Origin: Vicugna vicugna
Taxonomy: Eukaryota
Assembly: GCA_013265495.1 (NCBI GenBank)
Contig: MU058217.1
Coordinates: 248,001 to 312,000, forward strand
DNA: 64,000 nt
Direction of reading: 5' to 3'
Shown: one piece after another, positions 1 to 12,340 of the stretch
Layout: each line of letters starts with the position of its first letter
Numbering within the stretch: the first letter of the stretch is position 1
Made by a program: the position numbers and the translations under genes
Notes under the pieces: model-generated
What the model was told of the DNA's origin: nothing
The model's database searches: none
The model's input: the letters and a program-made list of their open reading frames with translations, nothing else

Positions 1-984
1 CATGGTAGTCAGTAACATGTTTGTGCAGTGGAGATGTGGTTGGGAGCCAGGCTTTCCCACTCTCTACCCTCCCTCCAACGGCTGTTAACCAAACCCACCA
101 TCAACTGCAAGGCCAGCGGGGTGAGGCCGCCCCTTCCGGCCGGGAGCGCCCAGTGAGCCAGGCCCCAGGTGGCTCCTGGCCTGGTCTGAGAAAATGAGTG
201 CGCTTTTAAACACGGCCACCCACAGCAGCCCAAGTGTTTGGGATGGTGCCTCCAGTGAAGGGTGTCTGGGTCCCTGCCTCAACATGTGAGGGTTTCTGAG
301 AGAAGCTGGCTTTTCCGAGGAGAAAGCATTCTCTGCAAATCTTCAGTGGGAGGGCAGGAAGAAGGCAGCCCCAGGGGCTGACCGTTTCTGAGGCTTTAGG
401 CTTTCTGAGGCGCTGTCTCCTGGGTAGGTCTAGGGGAGGCAGACCACCGCGTTCACAGATGAGAAGGCGTGCTCTCAGGGGGTTCGGGTAAACGGAGTCC
501 TCGGACGTTCTTTTCCCTCCAGCCTGCCACCTGCAAGGGCTGTGGCACTGATGACATTTGTAGGGTGGGGCTTTGAGGATGCTGTTGGAGTACGGAAGTT
601 GTATGGCTGTTGATGAGCGGCCAGACTGTTGCCGCGTGCTTTTGGGGGTTTTGTATCAGGGGCCCACCAGCTCCCAAGTCTTCCCCTGTGAGAATGGGTC
701 TCAGTGGTTTCTGAGATGCCAGTGCTGTGCCCTGGGTGGGAGGGCTGCCGAGCTTCTTGCTGGGGTGCTGGTGGCACCCAGGAATACCTGGCCTTCTGAG
801 ACTCCGTTTGGAAAAATGGGGCTGGAGACGCGTGGGAGAGGTTGACGAGTAGTGAGCCTCCGTGGTACATGGGCAGATCTTCACTACTACCTCCTTCCTG
901 TATTTTCTTAATTAATAAACTGTCCTGTGGCTGCACAGGTTGGACAGAATATTTTAAAACAGATCTGTCGACTCAAAAATATTG

Positions 985-1235
985 AATGATAACAGACAGC
1001 GTTTACATGGCACTCGGTATTTTTCAGGCACAGCTGCAGACACGGCACCGTTATTTAGTCATTCATTCCATCCTCACAACAAACCTGAGTACTGCCAGGC
1101 CTGTTTCACCTATGGGGAAACCGAGTCACAGAGAAGTGAGATCATTTAGTCAGGATCACCCAGTTCGTGACGGGTCTGTCCCCAGGCCATCTCTCTCCAG
1201 AGCCCGTGATCTGAACTGCTGGTGGCTGTATTGAG
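985..1235 (-). mobile_element. MIR relic (duplicate at ~5846-6096)
   Basis: MIR-core-like ATCCTCACAACAAACCTGAG...GGGGAAACCGAGTCACAGAGAAGTGAG. Confidence 0.65.
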
Positions 1236-2449
1236 TCCACCCCATTCCCACGGAGGGGAGTGGAACCACTGCAGCTACATGCCTCCCCCTCCCAGCTGCC
1301 CATCTGTGCAGCTATGGAGGTGTGGAGGGCTCCAAGCAGTTTTGTAGTGTCATCTTCGTGGTCTGGGGATTGAATCCTGGTCTGGCTGAACCATTTGGGG
1401 GAGACTCAGTAGTGAGACAGGAAGGAAAGAAAGTGTTGGTGCCTCATCTTCGCAAGTTCCCCCCACCCTTGCGGGGAAGTGAGAATGGAAGGGTTGCCGT
1501 CAGGGCAGCGGCTGGGCCAGCTCCTGGTGGCTGCCCCCTCTCGTTGGTGGCTGTGTCATCCGCTGGTGCTGGGGGCCAGCACGGGTCCAGCTGGCTCACA
1601 GCTGGATGCAGAGCGGGAGGAGACGGTGGGTCCAGAGGCCAAAAGACTGTCAGGGATGTGCACGTGCATCAGAGGCCGGCCTTGACTCTGCTCCAGACAG
1701 GAAGCGCCTTCGCGCTGGGCTCTCTTGCTGTTCCCTGGTGGTTAGCACCGCTGAGAACAGAGCTCCAAGTTGTGGTCAGAGACGTGAGCTGCCAAACGGA
1801 TTTTGTCCCCAGACAGCCCAAGTGTGACATCCTCCCCTGTCATTCTCTGCCCCCGGGCCACCGTGGCCCGGAGGTGAGCAAAGCTGGACAGGAGGAATCA
1901 AAACCTGCCTGATGGAGGCACTCAGAGCAGAGGAGGTGAGGTGGCGGCCGACAGGCCCACTCCGCACCGGGGCTGGCGCTTCTTGAGAAGTTGTTGGGTC
2001 TGAGTGTGGAGCCCACGTTAGTCCAGAGGCCCTAAAACCAGTCAGTGCTTTGGGACGGCGACCGGGCAAGGTGTGAGGACAGTCTGTGGGCAGCTTCTGG
2101 AGAAACCACTGAGGTGGTCATGGTGATGATGGGGGCAGGAGGTGTGAAGCAGGAGGGAGGAAGGGGGACCGGGGGCCTGGACCAAGAATCAGACACTCTT
2201 GGGAGGATCCCACATTGTGATTAGCATGCTTGCAGGAATCCTAGGAGACAGTGAGTCTCTGCTCATTCGTAACCCTTCTGGAATTAGTCGTCATCTTAAC
2301 GTCTGTGTTCCTGAATGAAATGTGTAATAAAATGTAACAAAATATAAAATAAAACGGTCTCTTGAGAGTGGGAGCGCCTAGGGCTGGCCTAGGTCAGCAC
2401 CCGATAACTGAGGGAGGGAGGGAGGAAGGAGGGAGAGGGACAGAAGAGA

Positions 2450-2752
2450 TAGAAAGATCTTCGGCTATGTCTTAGAAGCAACTGCAACATTTTGGACTAT
2501 TTAAAATTGCTACCCACCCTCCCAGTTTACCCTGAACTCCTGATTCGCCTTACCAAATTCTGTTTTTTCTTCTTCCATCACCTTCTAAAATTCTTCACAG
2601 TTTGCTTCCTTATAGTTTTGTTGTCTGCTCCCCCCACCCCCTGCTGGAACCAGTGCTCCCTTCTGTTTTGATGACGGAAGTGCCCCAAGTATCTAGGAAC
2701 TGTGCCTGACACTTGGTAGGTGCTCACTAAATATTTGTCGAATGAATAAATG
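2450..2752 (+). mobile_element. L2 3' end relic (duplicate at ~7311-7613)
   Basis: GTGCCTGACACTTGGTAGGTGCTCACTAAATATTTGTCGAATGAATAAATG is a typical L2 terminus. Confidence 0.7.
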
Positions 2753-3299
2753 GATCAGAGTGCCCGGGAGGTACTTGGCTAGTGCCACCTGTCCCTGGGA
2801 ATCGGCTTGCAGTAGACCTTTGAGCACGCTGTCCCATGGGAGGGGCAGCTTTGCGTCCCTGGGAGGCGCCCGCACAGTCTGGCCGCCTGCCCTCGGCCTG
2901 CTTGGTCCTCGTGATTCACTGGGCCCCGGAGGTGGGACCACGCGGAGCCTGCCCGACGGCCCAGGCACACAGAGGCTTTCCAGGATTGGTGGGCAGGACA
3001 GGGAGGGATGAGCAGGCAGGGAGTAGAGCTGTCCGCAGCTCAGTATTCTGGAGACTGTGGTCGGACCACATTCCTGAAACCTGCCCTCTCCCCCTCCCAT
3101 CCCCACAACTCAGATCCCACCCTCTGGGCTGTGAGAAGTGGAAAGAGGGCTAAAGTGAAGTCCCTGTTTACTCAGCCTCTATCTTGTCTTGCAGGCTGGT
3201 GCCCAACCCACAGAATTAATCTGGGTCCTCATGGCTGTCTCCACTGGGGGCTGCCCCTGGGCCCAGACTTCCATTGCTATCAGTTTCAAGTCCAGACTC

Positions 3300-3990
3300 C
3301 ACTTCTCAGCCTGGTGGTTGGGCCCAGCCCAGACCCCTGGCAGCCCCCACTCCAAGGCCACTTCCAGTCTTTGCTCAGTTTTACCCTTGACCTCCTGACC
3401 CATGTCCAGTTGCCTACTTGGCATCCCCCATCAACCTGTCCAAACGTCATGCCACCCGCGGCCTCTCCAACTCAGTTAGTGGCCGGTCTGTTCCTCCAGC
3501 TGCTCCAGTCCAAACCCTTGACCCCCTCTCCCCACCTGTCCTTTCCTTCGCATCCCATGTTCAGCTTGTCAGGTAAGCATGATGGGTTCCTCCTTCCAAA
3601 TAGAATTTTAAAGAATCCAGCCACTCCTGGCCACCCTCACCACTGTCATCTTGCTCTGAGCCACAGCCACCATCACGGTGCCCTCAGACTAGGGTGGTCA
3701 CCTCTTGACGGCTCTGCCAGACTCCCGTCTGTTCTTTTCAGATAATGGGTCCTATCACTCTGTCCCTCAGAACATCCCGATGGGCCCCCAGGACGGCAGA
3801 GTGAAAGCTGAAGAAGTCCTCACGGTGGCCGACAGGGTGCCACAGGATCGGGATGGTGACGGCCCTGACCTCGGGGCCGCTCCTCCCTCGCCCCTCGCTC
3901 CTTCCTCTCCGGCGGGTTGGCCTCTCTGGTGTCCCTTCAGATGCCCCAGGCATGCCTCCCCCTTAAGGCCTTGGCAGCCCACGTGGCTAC
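3300..3990 (+). mobile_element. L2 internal relic (duplicate at ~8180-8870)
   Basis: Pyrimidine-rich L2-like blocks such as CCAGTCCAAACCCTTG and CCTCCTTCCAAATAG...ATCCAGCCACTCC. Confidence 0.55.
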
Positions 3991-3997
3991 CTCCCGG

Positions 3998-4445
3998 CAG
4001 TGGGCTGAGTAATGGTCCCCCATAGGCGCCCAGAGCCTGTCAATGTTACCGTATAAGGCACACAGGGTTTTGCAGATGTGATTAAATTAAGGCTCTTGAA
4101 TGGAGGAGATGATTTTGGATTACTCAGGTGGGCGCCTCGTAAGGACACGGGTCCTTCTAAGAGGGAGGGAGGAGGGTCAGGGTCAGGAGCAGATGTGAGA
4201 ACAGAAGCAAGAGGTTGAGGATGTGAGGAAGGGGCCACGAGCCAAGGAATGCGGGCAGCTCCTAGAAGCTGGAAGAGGCAGGGTTGCCGGTTCTCTTCTA
4301 GGGTCTCTAGAAGGAACCGGCCCTGCCGATGCCTTGACGGTAATCCAGGGAGACCCGTTTTAGACTTTGGGAGGCAGGAAATTTGTGTTGTAATTTTGAG
4401 CCTCTTAGCCCGTGATGGTTTGGTACAGCGACCACTGGAGACCAG
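3998..4445 (+). mobile_element. MaLR solo LTR, MLT1C/D-like (duplicate at ~8878-9325)
   Basis: TTTGCAGATGTGATTAAATTAAGG and GGGGCCACGAGCCAAGGAATGCGGGCAGCTCCTAGAAGCTGGAAGAGGC are MLT1 hallmarks. Confidence 0.85.
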
Positions 4446-4570
4446 GCCATTCTTTCACCTGCTTTGAGTCTCCTGCTCACTCTTTCTCCTGCTCTGATCT
4501 TTCTCCGTCACTCCACCTTCCAACCGAACCGGATGATTTACCAGTCTCACGGGCCGCGTGTCTGCCCTCA

Positions 4571-4663
4571 TATATACATATGTATGTATAACTGATCACT
4601 ATGCTGTATATCAAAAACTAACTCAACATTGCAAATCAACTAGACTTCAATTGGAAAAAAAAA
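4571..4663 (+). mobile_element. L1 3' terminal fragment with A tail, at the duplication junction
   Basis: ATGTATAACTGATCACTATGCTGTA...ACATTGCAAATCAACTAGACTTCAATTGG followed by an A run is an artiodactyl-type L1 3' end. No TSD is visible. Confidence 0.85.
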
Positions 4664-4861
4664 AGCAGCAGAAGAAGAGACACAGACTATGTAAGGGTAA
4701 AAAGGGAGTAAAATAAAAATATTTTTTTGAACATGGAGCCCCCCCCCACATAACCTTAAAAAAGATGAAGGTCTCATTCTGCACATCTGTACTTATTTCA
4801 GTTAATTCTACAGCTGTGTCAAGGTTGTGTTTTGGGTTTATGTGTGAAAAAACCCGAGGCT

Positions 4862-7800
4862 CATGGTAGTCAGTAACATGTTTGTGCAGTGGAGATGTGG
4901 TTGGGAGCCAGGCTTTCCCACTCTCTACCCTCCCTCCAACGGCTGTTAACCAAACCCACCATCAACTGCAAGGCCAGCGGGGTGAGGCCGCCCCTTCCGG
5001 CCGGGAGCGCCCAGTGAGCCAGGCCCCAGGTGGCTCCTGGCCTGGTCTGAGAAAATGAGTGCGCTTTTAAACACGGCCACCCACAGCAGCCCAAGTGTTT
5101 GGGATGGTGCCTCCAGTGAAGGGTGTCTGGGTCCCTGCCTCAACATGTGAGGGTTTCTGAGAGAAGCTGGCTTTTCCGAGGAGAAAGCATTCTCTGCAAA
5201 TCTTCAGTGGGAGGGCAGGAAGAAGGCAGCCCCAGGGGCTGACCGTTTCTGAGGCTTTAGGCTTTCTGAGGCGCTGTCTCCTGGGTGGGTCTAGGGGAGG
5301 CAGACCACCGCGTTCACAGATGAGAAGGCGTGCTCTCAGGGGGTTCGGGTAAACGGAGTCCTCGGACGTTCTTTTCCCTCCAGCCTGCCACCTGCAAGGG
5401 CTGTGGCACTGATGACATTTGTAGGGTGGGGCTTTGAGGATGCTGTTGGAGTACGGAAGTTGTATGGCTGTTGATGAGCGGCCAGACTGTTGCCGCGTGC
5501 TTTTGGGGGTTTTGTATCAGGGGCCCACCAGCTCCCAAGTCTTCCCCTGTGAGAATGGGTCTCAGTGGTTTCTGAGATGCCAGTGCTGTGCCCTGGGTGG
5601 GAGGGCTGCCGAGCTTCTTGCTGGGGTGCTGGTGGCACCCAGGAATACCTGGCCTTCTGAGACTTCGTTTGGAAAAATGGGGCTGGAGACGCGTGGGAGA
5701 GGTTGACGAGTAGTGAGCCTCCGTGGTACATGGGCAGATCTTCACTACTACCTCCTTCCTGTATTTTCTTAATTAATAAACTGACCTGTGGCTGCACAGG
5801 TTGGACAGAATATTTTAAAACAGATCTGTTGACTCAAAAATATTGAATGATAACAGACAGCGTTTACATGGCACTTGGTATTTTTCAGGCACAGCTGCAG
5901 ACACGGCACCTTTATTTAGTCATTCATTCCATCCTCACAACAAACCTGAGTACTGCCAGGCCTGTTTCACCTATGGGGAAACCGAGTCACAGAGAAGTGA
6001 GATCATTTAGTCAGGGTCACCCAGTTCGTGACGGGTCTGTCCCCAGGCCATCTCTCTCCAGAGCCCGTGATCTGAACTGCTGGTGGCTGTATTGAGTCCA
6101 CCCCATTCCCACGGAGGGGAGTGGAACCACTGCAGCTACATGCCTCCCCCTCCCAGCTGCCCATCTGTGCAGCTATGGAGGTGTGGAGGGCTCCAAGCAG
6201 TTTTGTAGTGTCATCTTCGTGGTCTGGGGATTGAATCCTGGTCTGGCTGAACCATTTGGGGGAGACTCAGTAGTGAGACAGGAAGGAAAGAAAGTGTTGG
6301 TGCCTCATCTTCGCAAGTTCCCCCCACCCTTGCGGGGAAGTGAGAATGGAAGGGTTGCCGTCAGGGCAGCGGCTGGGCCAGCTCCTGGTGGCTGCCCCCT
6401 CTCGTTGGTGGCTGTGTCATCCGCTGGTGCTGGGGGCCAGCACGGGTCCAGCTGGCTCACAGCTGGATGCAGAGCGGGAGGAGACGGTGGGTCCAGAGGC
6501 CAAAAGACTGTCAGGGATGTGCACGTGCATCAGAGGCCGGCCTTGACTCTGCTCCAGACAGGAAGCGCCTTCGCGCTGGGCTCTCTTGCTGTTCCCTGGT
6601 GGTTAGCACCGCTGAGAACAGAGCTCCAAGTTGTGGTCAGAGACGTGAGCTGCCAAACGGATTTTGTCCCCAGACAGCCCAAGTGTGACATCCTCCCCTG
6701 TCATTCTCTGCCCCCGGGCCACCGTGGCCCGGAGGTGAGCAAAGCTGGACAGGAGGAATCAAAACCTGCCTGATGGAGGCACTCAGAGCAGAGGAGGTGA
6801 GGTGGCGGCCGACAGGCCCACTCCGCACCGGGGCTGGCGCTTCTTGAGAAGTTGTTGGGTCTGAGTGTGGAGCCCACGTTAGTCCAGAGGCCCTAAAACC
6901 AGTCAGTGCTTTGGGACGGCGACCGGGCAAGGTGTGAGGACAGTCTGTGGGCAGCTTCTGGAGAAACCACTGAGGTGGTCATGGTGATGATGGGGGCAGG
7001 AGGTGTGAAGCAGGAGGGAGGAAGGGGGACCGGGGGCCTGGACCAAGAATCAGACACTCTTGGGAGGATCCCACATTGTGATTAGCATGCTTGCAGGAAT
7101 CCTAGGAGACAGTGAGTCTCTGCTCATTCGTAACCCTTCTGGAATTAGTCGTCATCTTAACGTCTGTGTTCCTGAATGAAATGTGTAATAAAATGTAACA
7201 AAATATAAAATAAAACGGTCTCTTGAGAGTGGGAGCGCCTAGGGCTGGCCTAGGTCAGCACCCGATAACTGAGGGAGGGAGGGAGGAAGGAGGGAGAGGG
7301 ACAGAAGAGATAGAAAGATCTTCGGCTATGTCTTAGAAGCAACTGCAACATTTTGGACTATTTAAAATTGCTACCCACCCTCCCAGTTTACCCTGAACTC
7401 CTGATTCGCCTTACCAAGTTCTGTTTTTTCTTCTTCCATCACCTTCTAAAATTCTTCACAGTTTGCTTCCTTATAGTTTTGTTGTCTGCTCCCCCCACCC
7501 CCTGCTGGAACCAGTGCTCCCTTCTGTTTTGATGACGGAAGTGCCCCAAGTATCTAGGAACTGTGCCTGACACTTGGTAGGTGCTCACTAAATATTTGTC
7601 GAATGAATAAATGGATCAGAGTGCCCGGGAGGTACTTGGCTAGTGCCACCTGTCCCTGGGAATCGGCTTGCAGTAGACCTTTGAGCACGCTGTCCCATGG
7701 GAGGGGCAGCTTTGCGTCCCTGGGAGGCGCCCGCACAGTCTGGCCGCCTGCCCTCGGCCTGCTTGGTCCTCGTGATTCACTGGGCCCCGGAGGTGGGACC

Positions 7801-9465
7801 ACGCGGAGCCTGCCCGACGGCCCAGGCACACAGAGGCTTTCCAGGATTGGTGGGCAGGACAGGGAGGGATGAGCAGGCAGGGAGTAGAGCTGTCCGCAGC
7901 TCAGTATTCTGGAGACTGTGGTCGGACCACATTCCTGAAACCTGCCCTCTCCCCCTCCCATCCCCACAACTCAGATCCCACCCTCTGGGCTGTGAGAAGT
8001 GGAAAGGTGCCTGGTTGAGCAATTGAGGGCTAAAGTGAAGTCCCTGTTTACTCAGCCTCTATCTTGTCTTGCAGGCTGGTGCCCAACCCACAGAATTAAT
8101 CTGGGTCCTCATGGCTGTCTCCACTGGGGGCTGCCCCTGGGCCCAGACTTCCATTGCTATCAGTTTCAAGTCCAGACTCCACTTCTCAGCCTGGTGGTTG
8201 GGCCCAGCCCAGACCCCTGGCAGCCCCCACTCCAAGGCCACTTCCAGTCTTTGCTCAGTTTTACCCTTGACCTCCTGACCCATGTCCAGTTGCCTACTTG
8301 GCATCCCCCATCAACCTGTCCAAACGTCATGCCACCCGCGGCCTCTCCAACTCAGTTAGTGGCCGGTCTGTTCCTCCAGCTGCTCCAGTCCAAACCCTTG
8401 ACCCCCTCTCCCCACCTGTCCTTTCCTTCGCATCCCATGTTCAGTTTGTCAGGTAAGCATGATGGGTTCCTCCTTCCAAATAGAATTTTAAAGAATCCAG
8501 CCACTCCTGGCCACCCTCACCACTGTCATCTTGCTCTGAGCCACAGCCACCATCACGGTGCCCTCAGACTAGGGTGGTCACCTCTTGACGGCTCTGCCAG
8601 ACTCCCGTCTGTTCTTTTCAGATAATGGGTCCTATCACTCTGTCCCTCAGAACATCCCGATGGGCCCCCAGGACGGCAGAGTGAAAGCTGAAGAAGTCCT
8701 CACGGTGGCCGACAGGGTGCCACAGGATCGGGATGGTGACGGCCCTGACCTCGGGGCCGCTCCTCCCTCGCCCCTCGCTCCTTCCTCTCCGGCGGGTTGG
8801 CCTCTCTGGTGTCCCTTCAGATGCCCCAGGCATGCCTCCCCCTTAAGGCCTTGGCAGCCCACGTGGCTACCTCCCGGCAGTGGGCTGAGTAATGGTCCCC
8901 CATAGGCGCCCAGAGCCTGTCAATGTTACCGTATAAGGCACACAGGGTTTTGCAGATGTGATTAAATTAAGGCTCTTGAATGGAGGAGATGATTTTGGAT
9001 TACTCAGGTGGGCGCCTCGTAAGGACACGGGTCCTTCTAAGAGGGAGGGAGGAGGGTCAGGGTCAGGAGCAGATGTGAGAACAGAAGCAAGAGGTTGAGG
9101 ATGTGAGGAAGGGGCCACGAGCCAAGGAATGCGGGCAGCTCCTAGAAGCTGGAAGAGGCAGGGTTGCCGGTTCTCTTCTAGGGTCTCTAGAAGGAACCGG
9201 CCCTGCCGATGCCTTGACGGTAATCCAGGGAGACCCGTTTTAGACTTTGGGAGGCAGGAAATTTGTGTTGTAATTTTGAGCCTCTTAGCCCGTGATGGTT
9301 TGGTACAGCGACCACTGGAGACCAGGCCATTCTTTCACCTGCTTTGAGTCTCCTGCTCACTCTGCCAGGCCCATCCCTTTCTCCTGCTCTGATCTTTCTC
9401 CGTCACTCCACCTTCCAACCGAACCGGATGATTTACCAGTCTCACGGGCCGCGTGTCTGCCCTCA
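4862..9465. repeat. Tandem segmental duplication, copy 2
   Basis: CATGGTAGTCAGTAACATG recurs at 4862. Homology ends after TCTGCCCTCA (4570/9465), and copy 2 continues into an L2-like 3' end. Confidence 0.97.
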
Positions 9466-10569
9466 GAGACGCGTAAGCTCCGCTAGGGCGCGGATCTTTG
9501 CGTTGTTGACGGGGGCATCCCAGCACGTAAACGTGTCTGGTAGAGAAGAGGGCTCAGTCGGTCTTGAGTGAACGAATGGTTCCAGACCAGGAACGTCCTC
9601 TCCTCCTAGCCTGCCCTCTTGGCTTGCGGCTGTCTAAGTCCATTTCAGCCTCTCCTCTCCTGTAAGTGAATTGCCTCTCAGGGCGCGGGTGGTGGTGCCT
9701 TCTGTTGGTCATGCTTATGCAGCACCCAGAGCCCTGAGAGTTCTCGGGGGTGAGCCCCACGGCGGCCAGGGACCCTGGGAGGATTAGTTTTGTTTGTGTG
9801 TTTCTCCCATAGCGTCATCCGAGGCGAAGGGACCCCCTGCACTGATCTCTAAGCCCAACCTCTTATTTCATCAGAGCAAGATGAAGACGACCTAAGGAGG
9901 GATGGGTCCTGCTCAAAGTTAGTGCGTTGCCATGGGCATTTCTAGAGCCCCCAGGGCTCAGGCTGCCTGGTGCTGCCACTCTCCAGCTTCATTCTCTCTC
10001 GGGGGCTCCTCCCCACAGCCACACCCAGGGACAGCAGGGCCTCCCTCAGAGCAGGTCCTTAGAACTAGAAGACTGGGAGTCCGTCTTGGCAGAGGACTAG
10101 GTGAGGGAGGCGAGGTCTTTAAAGATGCCAGGAGGTTCTCCCCAGGAACGGGAGACGGGGACGCTGTTGGGTTTGTCTTGTCACCAGCAGCTTGTTTGCA
10201 GGATGGGGTGTTTGGAAGACAGAAAGGAAGAAGAGAAACAGTGGCAGGTGGGGCAAGGATTGTATGCCCACAGTGGGCATCTTGGGCTTGAAGACCCCCA
10301 GAGGGCATGGCGCCTGGCCAGGGAGGAGCAAAGAAGGAGAAGGGAGGCCTTCTTTGTAGAGGACCTGAGGTTGGCTTCCCTGGGACGCAGCTGCAGGCCC
10401 TAGAGGGTGACCAGTTGACTGTTAGGAAGACTCTTTCCTGCTGTCTTCTCTGGGGAAGACACGTTTTGAAACACTTCCTGAGTTGGGGAGGGGGTGACAT
10501 GTTAGCCCCCTCTCCCCGGACTGCTGATGACGGGTGGTTAGTGATGAACCCACAGCTGTGTTTTTGCAC

Positions 10570-10670
10570 CACTGCCCCCGCCCCCCGCCCCCCGTACACC
10601 CGCCTGTCCCGCTGGGGCCCCCCTCCCTCCTCGCTCCGCGGTCCTCCCTCTGCCGGCGGGTGACTCACTC
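10570..10670. promoter_or_regulatory. CpG/GC-box-rich patch with AP-1 site (candidate enhancer or promoter)
   Basis: Overlapping CCCCGCCCC Sp/KLF boxes, local CpG retention, and TGACTCA at 10661-10667. Motif evidence only. Confidence 0.35.
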
Positions 10671-11759
10671 AGCTCTTGTGCAACAGCCCAGGCCCTCCGA
10701 GAAGAGCTGTTTTCTTCCGTGCCATAAGCTCCCCTCCTGATTTATGTCTCCATTTGGGTTAATGCTTTCCACATTTGGGTCTGAAGATTAGCGTGTGGCT
10801 CATTGCTGCAGCCACCAAAACCCCAGTGCCCACCTTGGGTCTGGCACGGAAAAGCCAGCCAGAAAGACAGACAGCCAGACAGCCAGCCAGAGGGCAGCTT
10901 GGAGCTTCACCCGGAGGCTGTCCTGCCCCCAGCCGGCCTCCCTGCCTCCAGGAGGGAAGCACATAGCCCCTACTCCTGGCTTGCCAGAGACTCCTTCTGC
11001 TTCCTGTGAAGGGCACACAGCTTGCAGGTGTGTGAGGAGGTAATTGTCCCAGCCTGTGACTTCCCGCCGAAGACGCCACTTCATTGAGGAGTGAGAGGCG
11101 CAAGCTGTAGGGCGTAGGGAAGTGTTATCTCTGTGGCTTTGAAAGCCGTCGTATGACACATTGTGTGTGTGTGTGTTTCTCTTTTTCTCCATAGAACAAT
11201 AATATTACCTTCGTTGCTATGGTGGTGTTGCGGGGGTGGCTAATTGGACACAGATCTGATACACGCTGGTGGCTGGTGTCCATAGTGATTATCAGACGCA
11301 GCCGTACATTTTAGCCCCCAGAGTGAGGCAGGCGGGGGCATCACTGGCTGTGGCAGCGGGTGCCCTGCCCTCGCGGGACCGGGATGTGGTGGCACCCTGG
11401 TCAGAAGTGGGACCGGGAAGCTGGGCTTCCGGTTGAAGCAGGTCGTTTCCAAGGCTGGATTGCAGCCTGGGTTTGCTGAGGCTGCTCTGAGGCCCCAGAC
11501 CACAGGGGAGGAGACACCTGCTGCAGGGAGGGGCAACAGTGGTGCCTGGGGCACCCTGGGGGCTGGTGGCCTCTGTGCAGCTGGTCCGCTGGGCCTACTC
11601 ACCTGGCAGATACCGCTTTCCTGTTGAGGTTTAGCATCCATGCAGGAGGGTGTGTAGGGGGTTGGTTTTAAACTCTTGTTGAGTATGCATACCCAGAAGT
11701 ATATCTTTGTCAGTTTTATTGACTAGGTAATATACAGATCATATCTGACATTTGATAGG

Positions 11760-11944
11760 CACTAAAAAGTACAGAGAGGAAGTTGGCCTCCCTCCCACCC
11801 TGTCCTCTGCCTGTCAGTTCCCTTCCCCAAAGGTGAGCAAGCTGCAAGTTTCTTGTGGGTGTAGAAGAAATAGCGCAGATATTTACAGATAGACGAGCGG
11901 CTGCATTTCCCTTCATGCCTGTGGCAGCTCCCTCTTACTTCTTT

Positions 11945-11976
<32 letters not shown>

Positions 11977-12340
11977 TTTCAGACCCTGTAACAATATTTC
12001 TTGGAGTTTAGTCAATAGAAAGAGCATCTTCATTTTTTTAATGCCTCCGTGATTCATTTCACTGATGGGCACATAGGTTGCTTCTCATCTTTTCCTGTTT
12101 CCTTGACCTGCCAGGGAGACCCTGTGTGTCCCTCATTCCAGCCACAGGGGCTTGCCAGGGAAGGATCAGTTGTTGAAGTTGAAAGTCTGGTGAAGAGTCT
12201 AAGTGTTTGTAATTTTGATGGAAAGTGCCAGATTGCCTCCACCGGAGCAGCTCTGCTTACCATCCACCAGCTATGTCCGTGAGTGCTCATTTCCCCACAG
12301 CCTCACCAGCACCATGCATGTTCCAGTTTTTTAATTTTCT
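11760..12340 (-). mobile_element. Old L1 (L1ME-like) fragments
   Basis: TGCCAGATTGCCTCC...CCACCAGC...CATTTCCCCACAGCCTCACCAGCAC matches antisense L1 ORF2-end motifs. Confidence 0.55.
11951..11974. repeat. (CTG)8 microsatellite
   Basis: Directly visible. Confidence 0.95.

Larger units (their letters stand above)
1..4570. repeat. Tandem segmental duplication, copy 1 (left end probably extends beyond the window)
   Basis: Aligns base-for-base to 4862-9465. The offset is 4861, rising to 4880 after a 19-nt indel and 4895 after a 15-nt indel. Nine substitutions found by eye. The ORF track is also duplicated. Confidence 0.97.

Noticed and set aside
453..936. Overlapping 143-153 aa minus-strand ORFs, duplicated at 5314-5797
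   Set aside because: No recognisable protein family and no convincing splice acceptor. Their recurrence is explained by the DNA duplication.
914..2354. AATAAA hexamers at ~914, ~2326 and ~2348, considered as gene 3' ends
   Set aside because: No upstream terminal exon is identifiable, and the hexamer is common in AT-rich patches.
3008..3745. 245 aa ORF
   Set aside because: Largely overlaps a decayed L2, and its 5' frame is broken by the 19-nt indel in the other copy.
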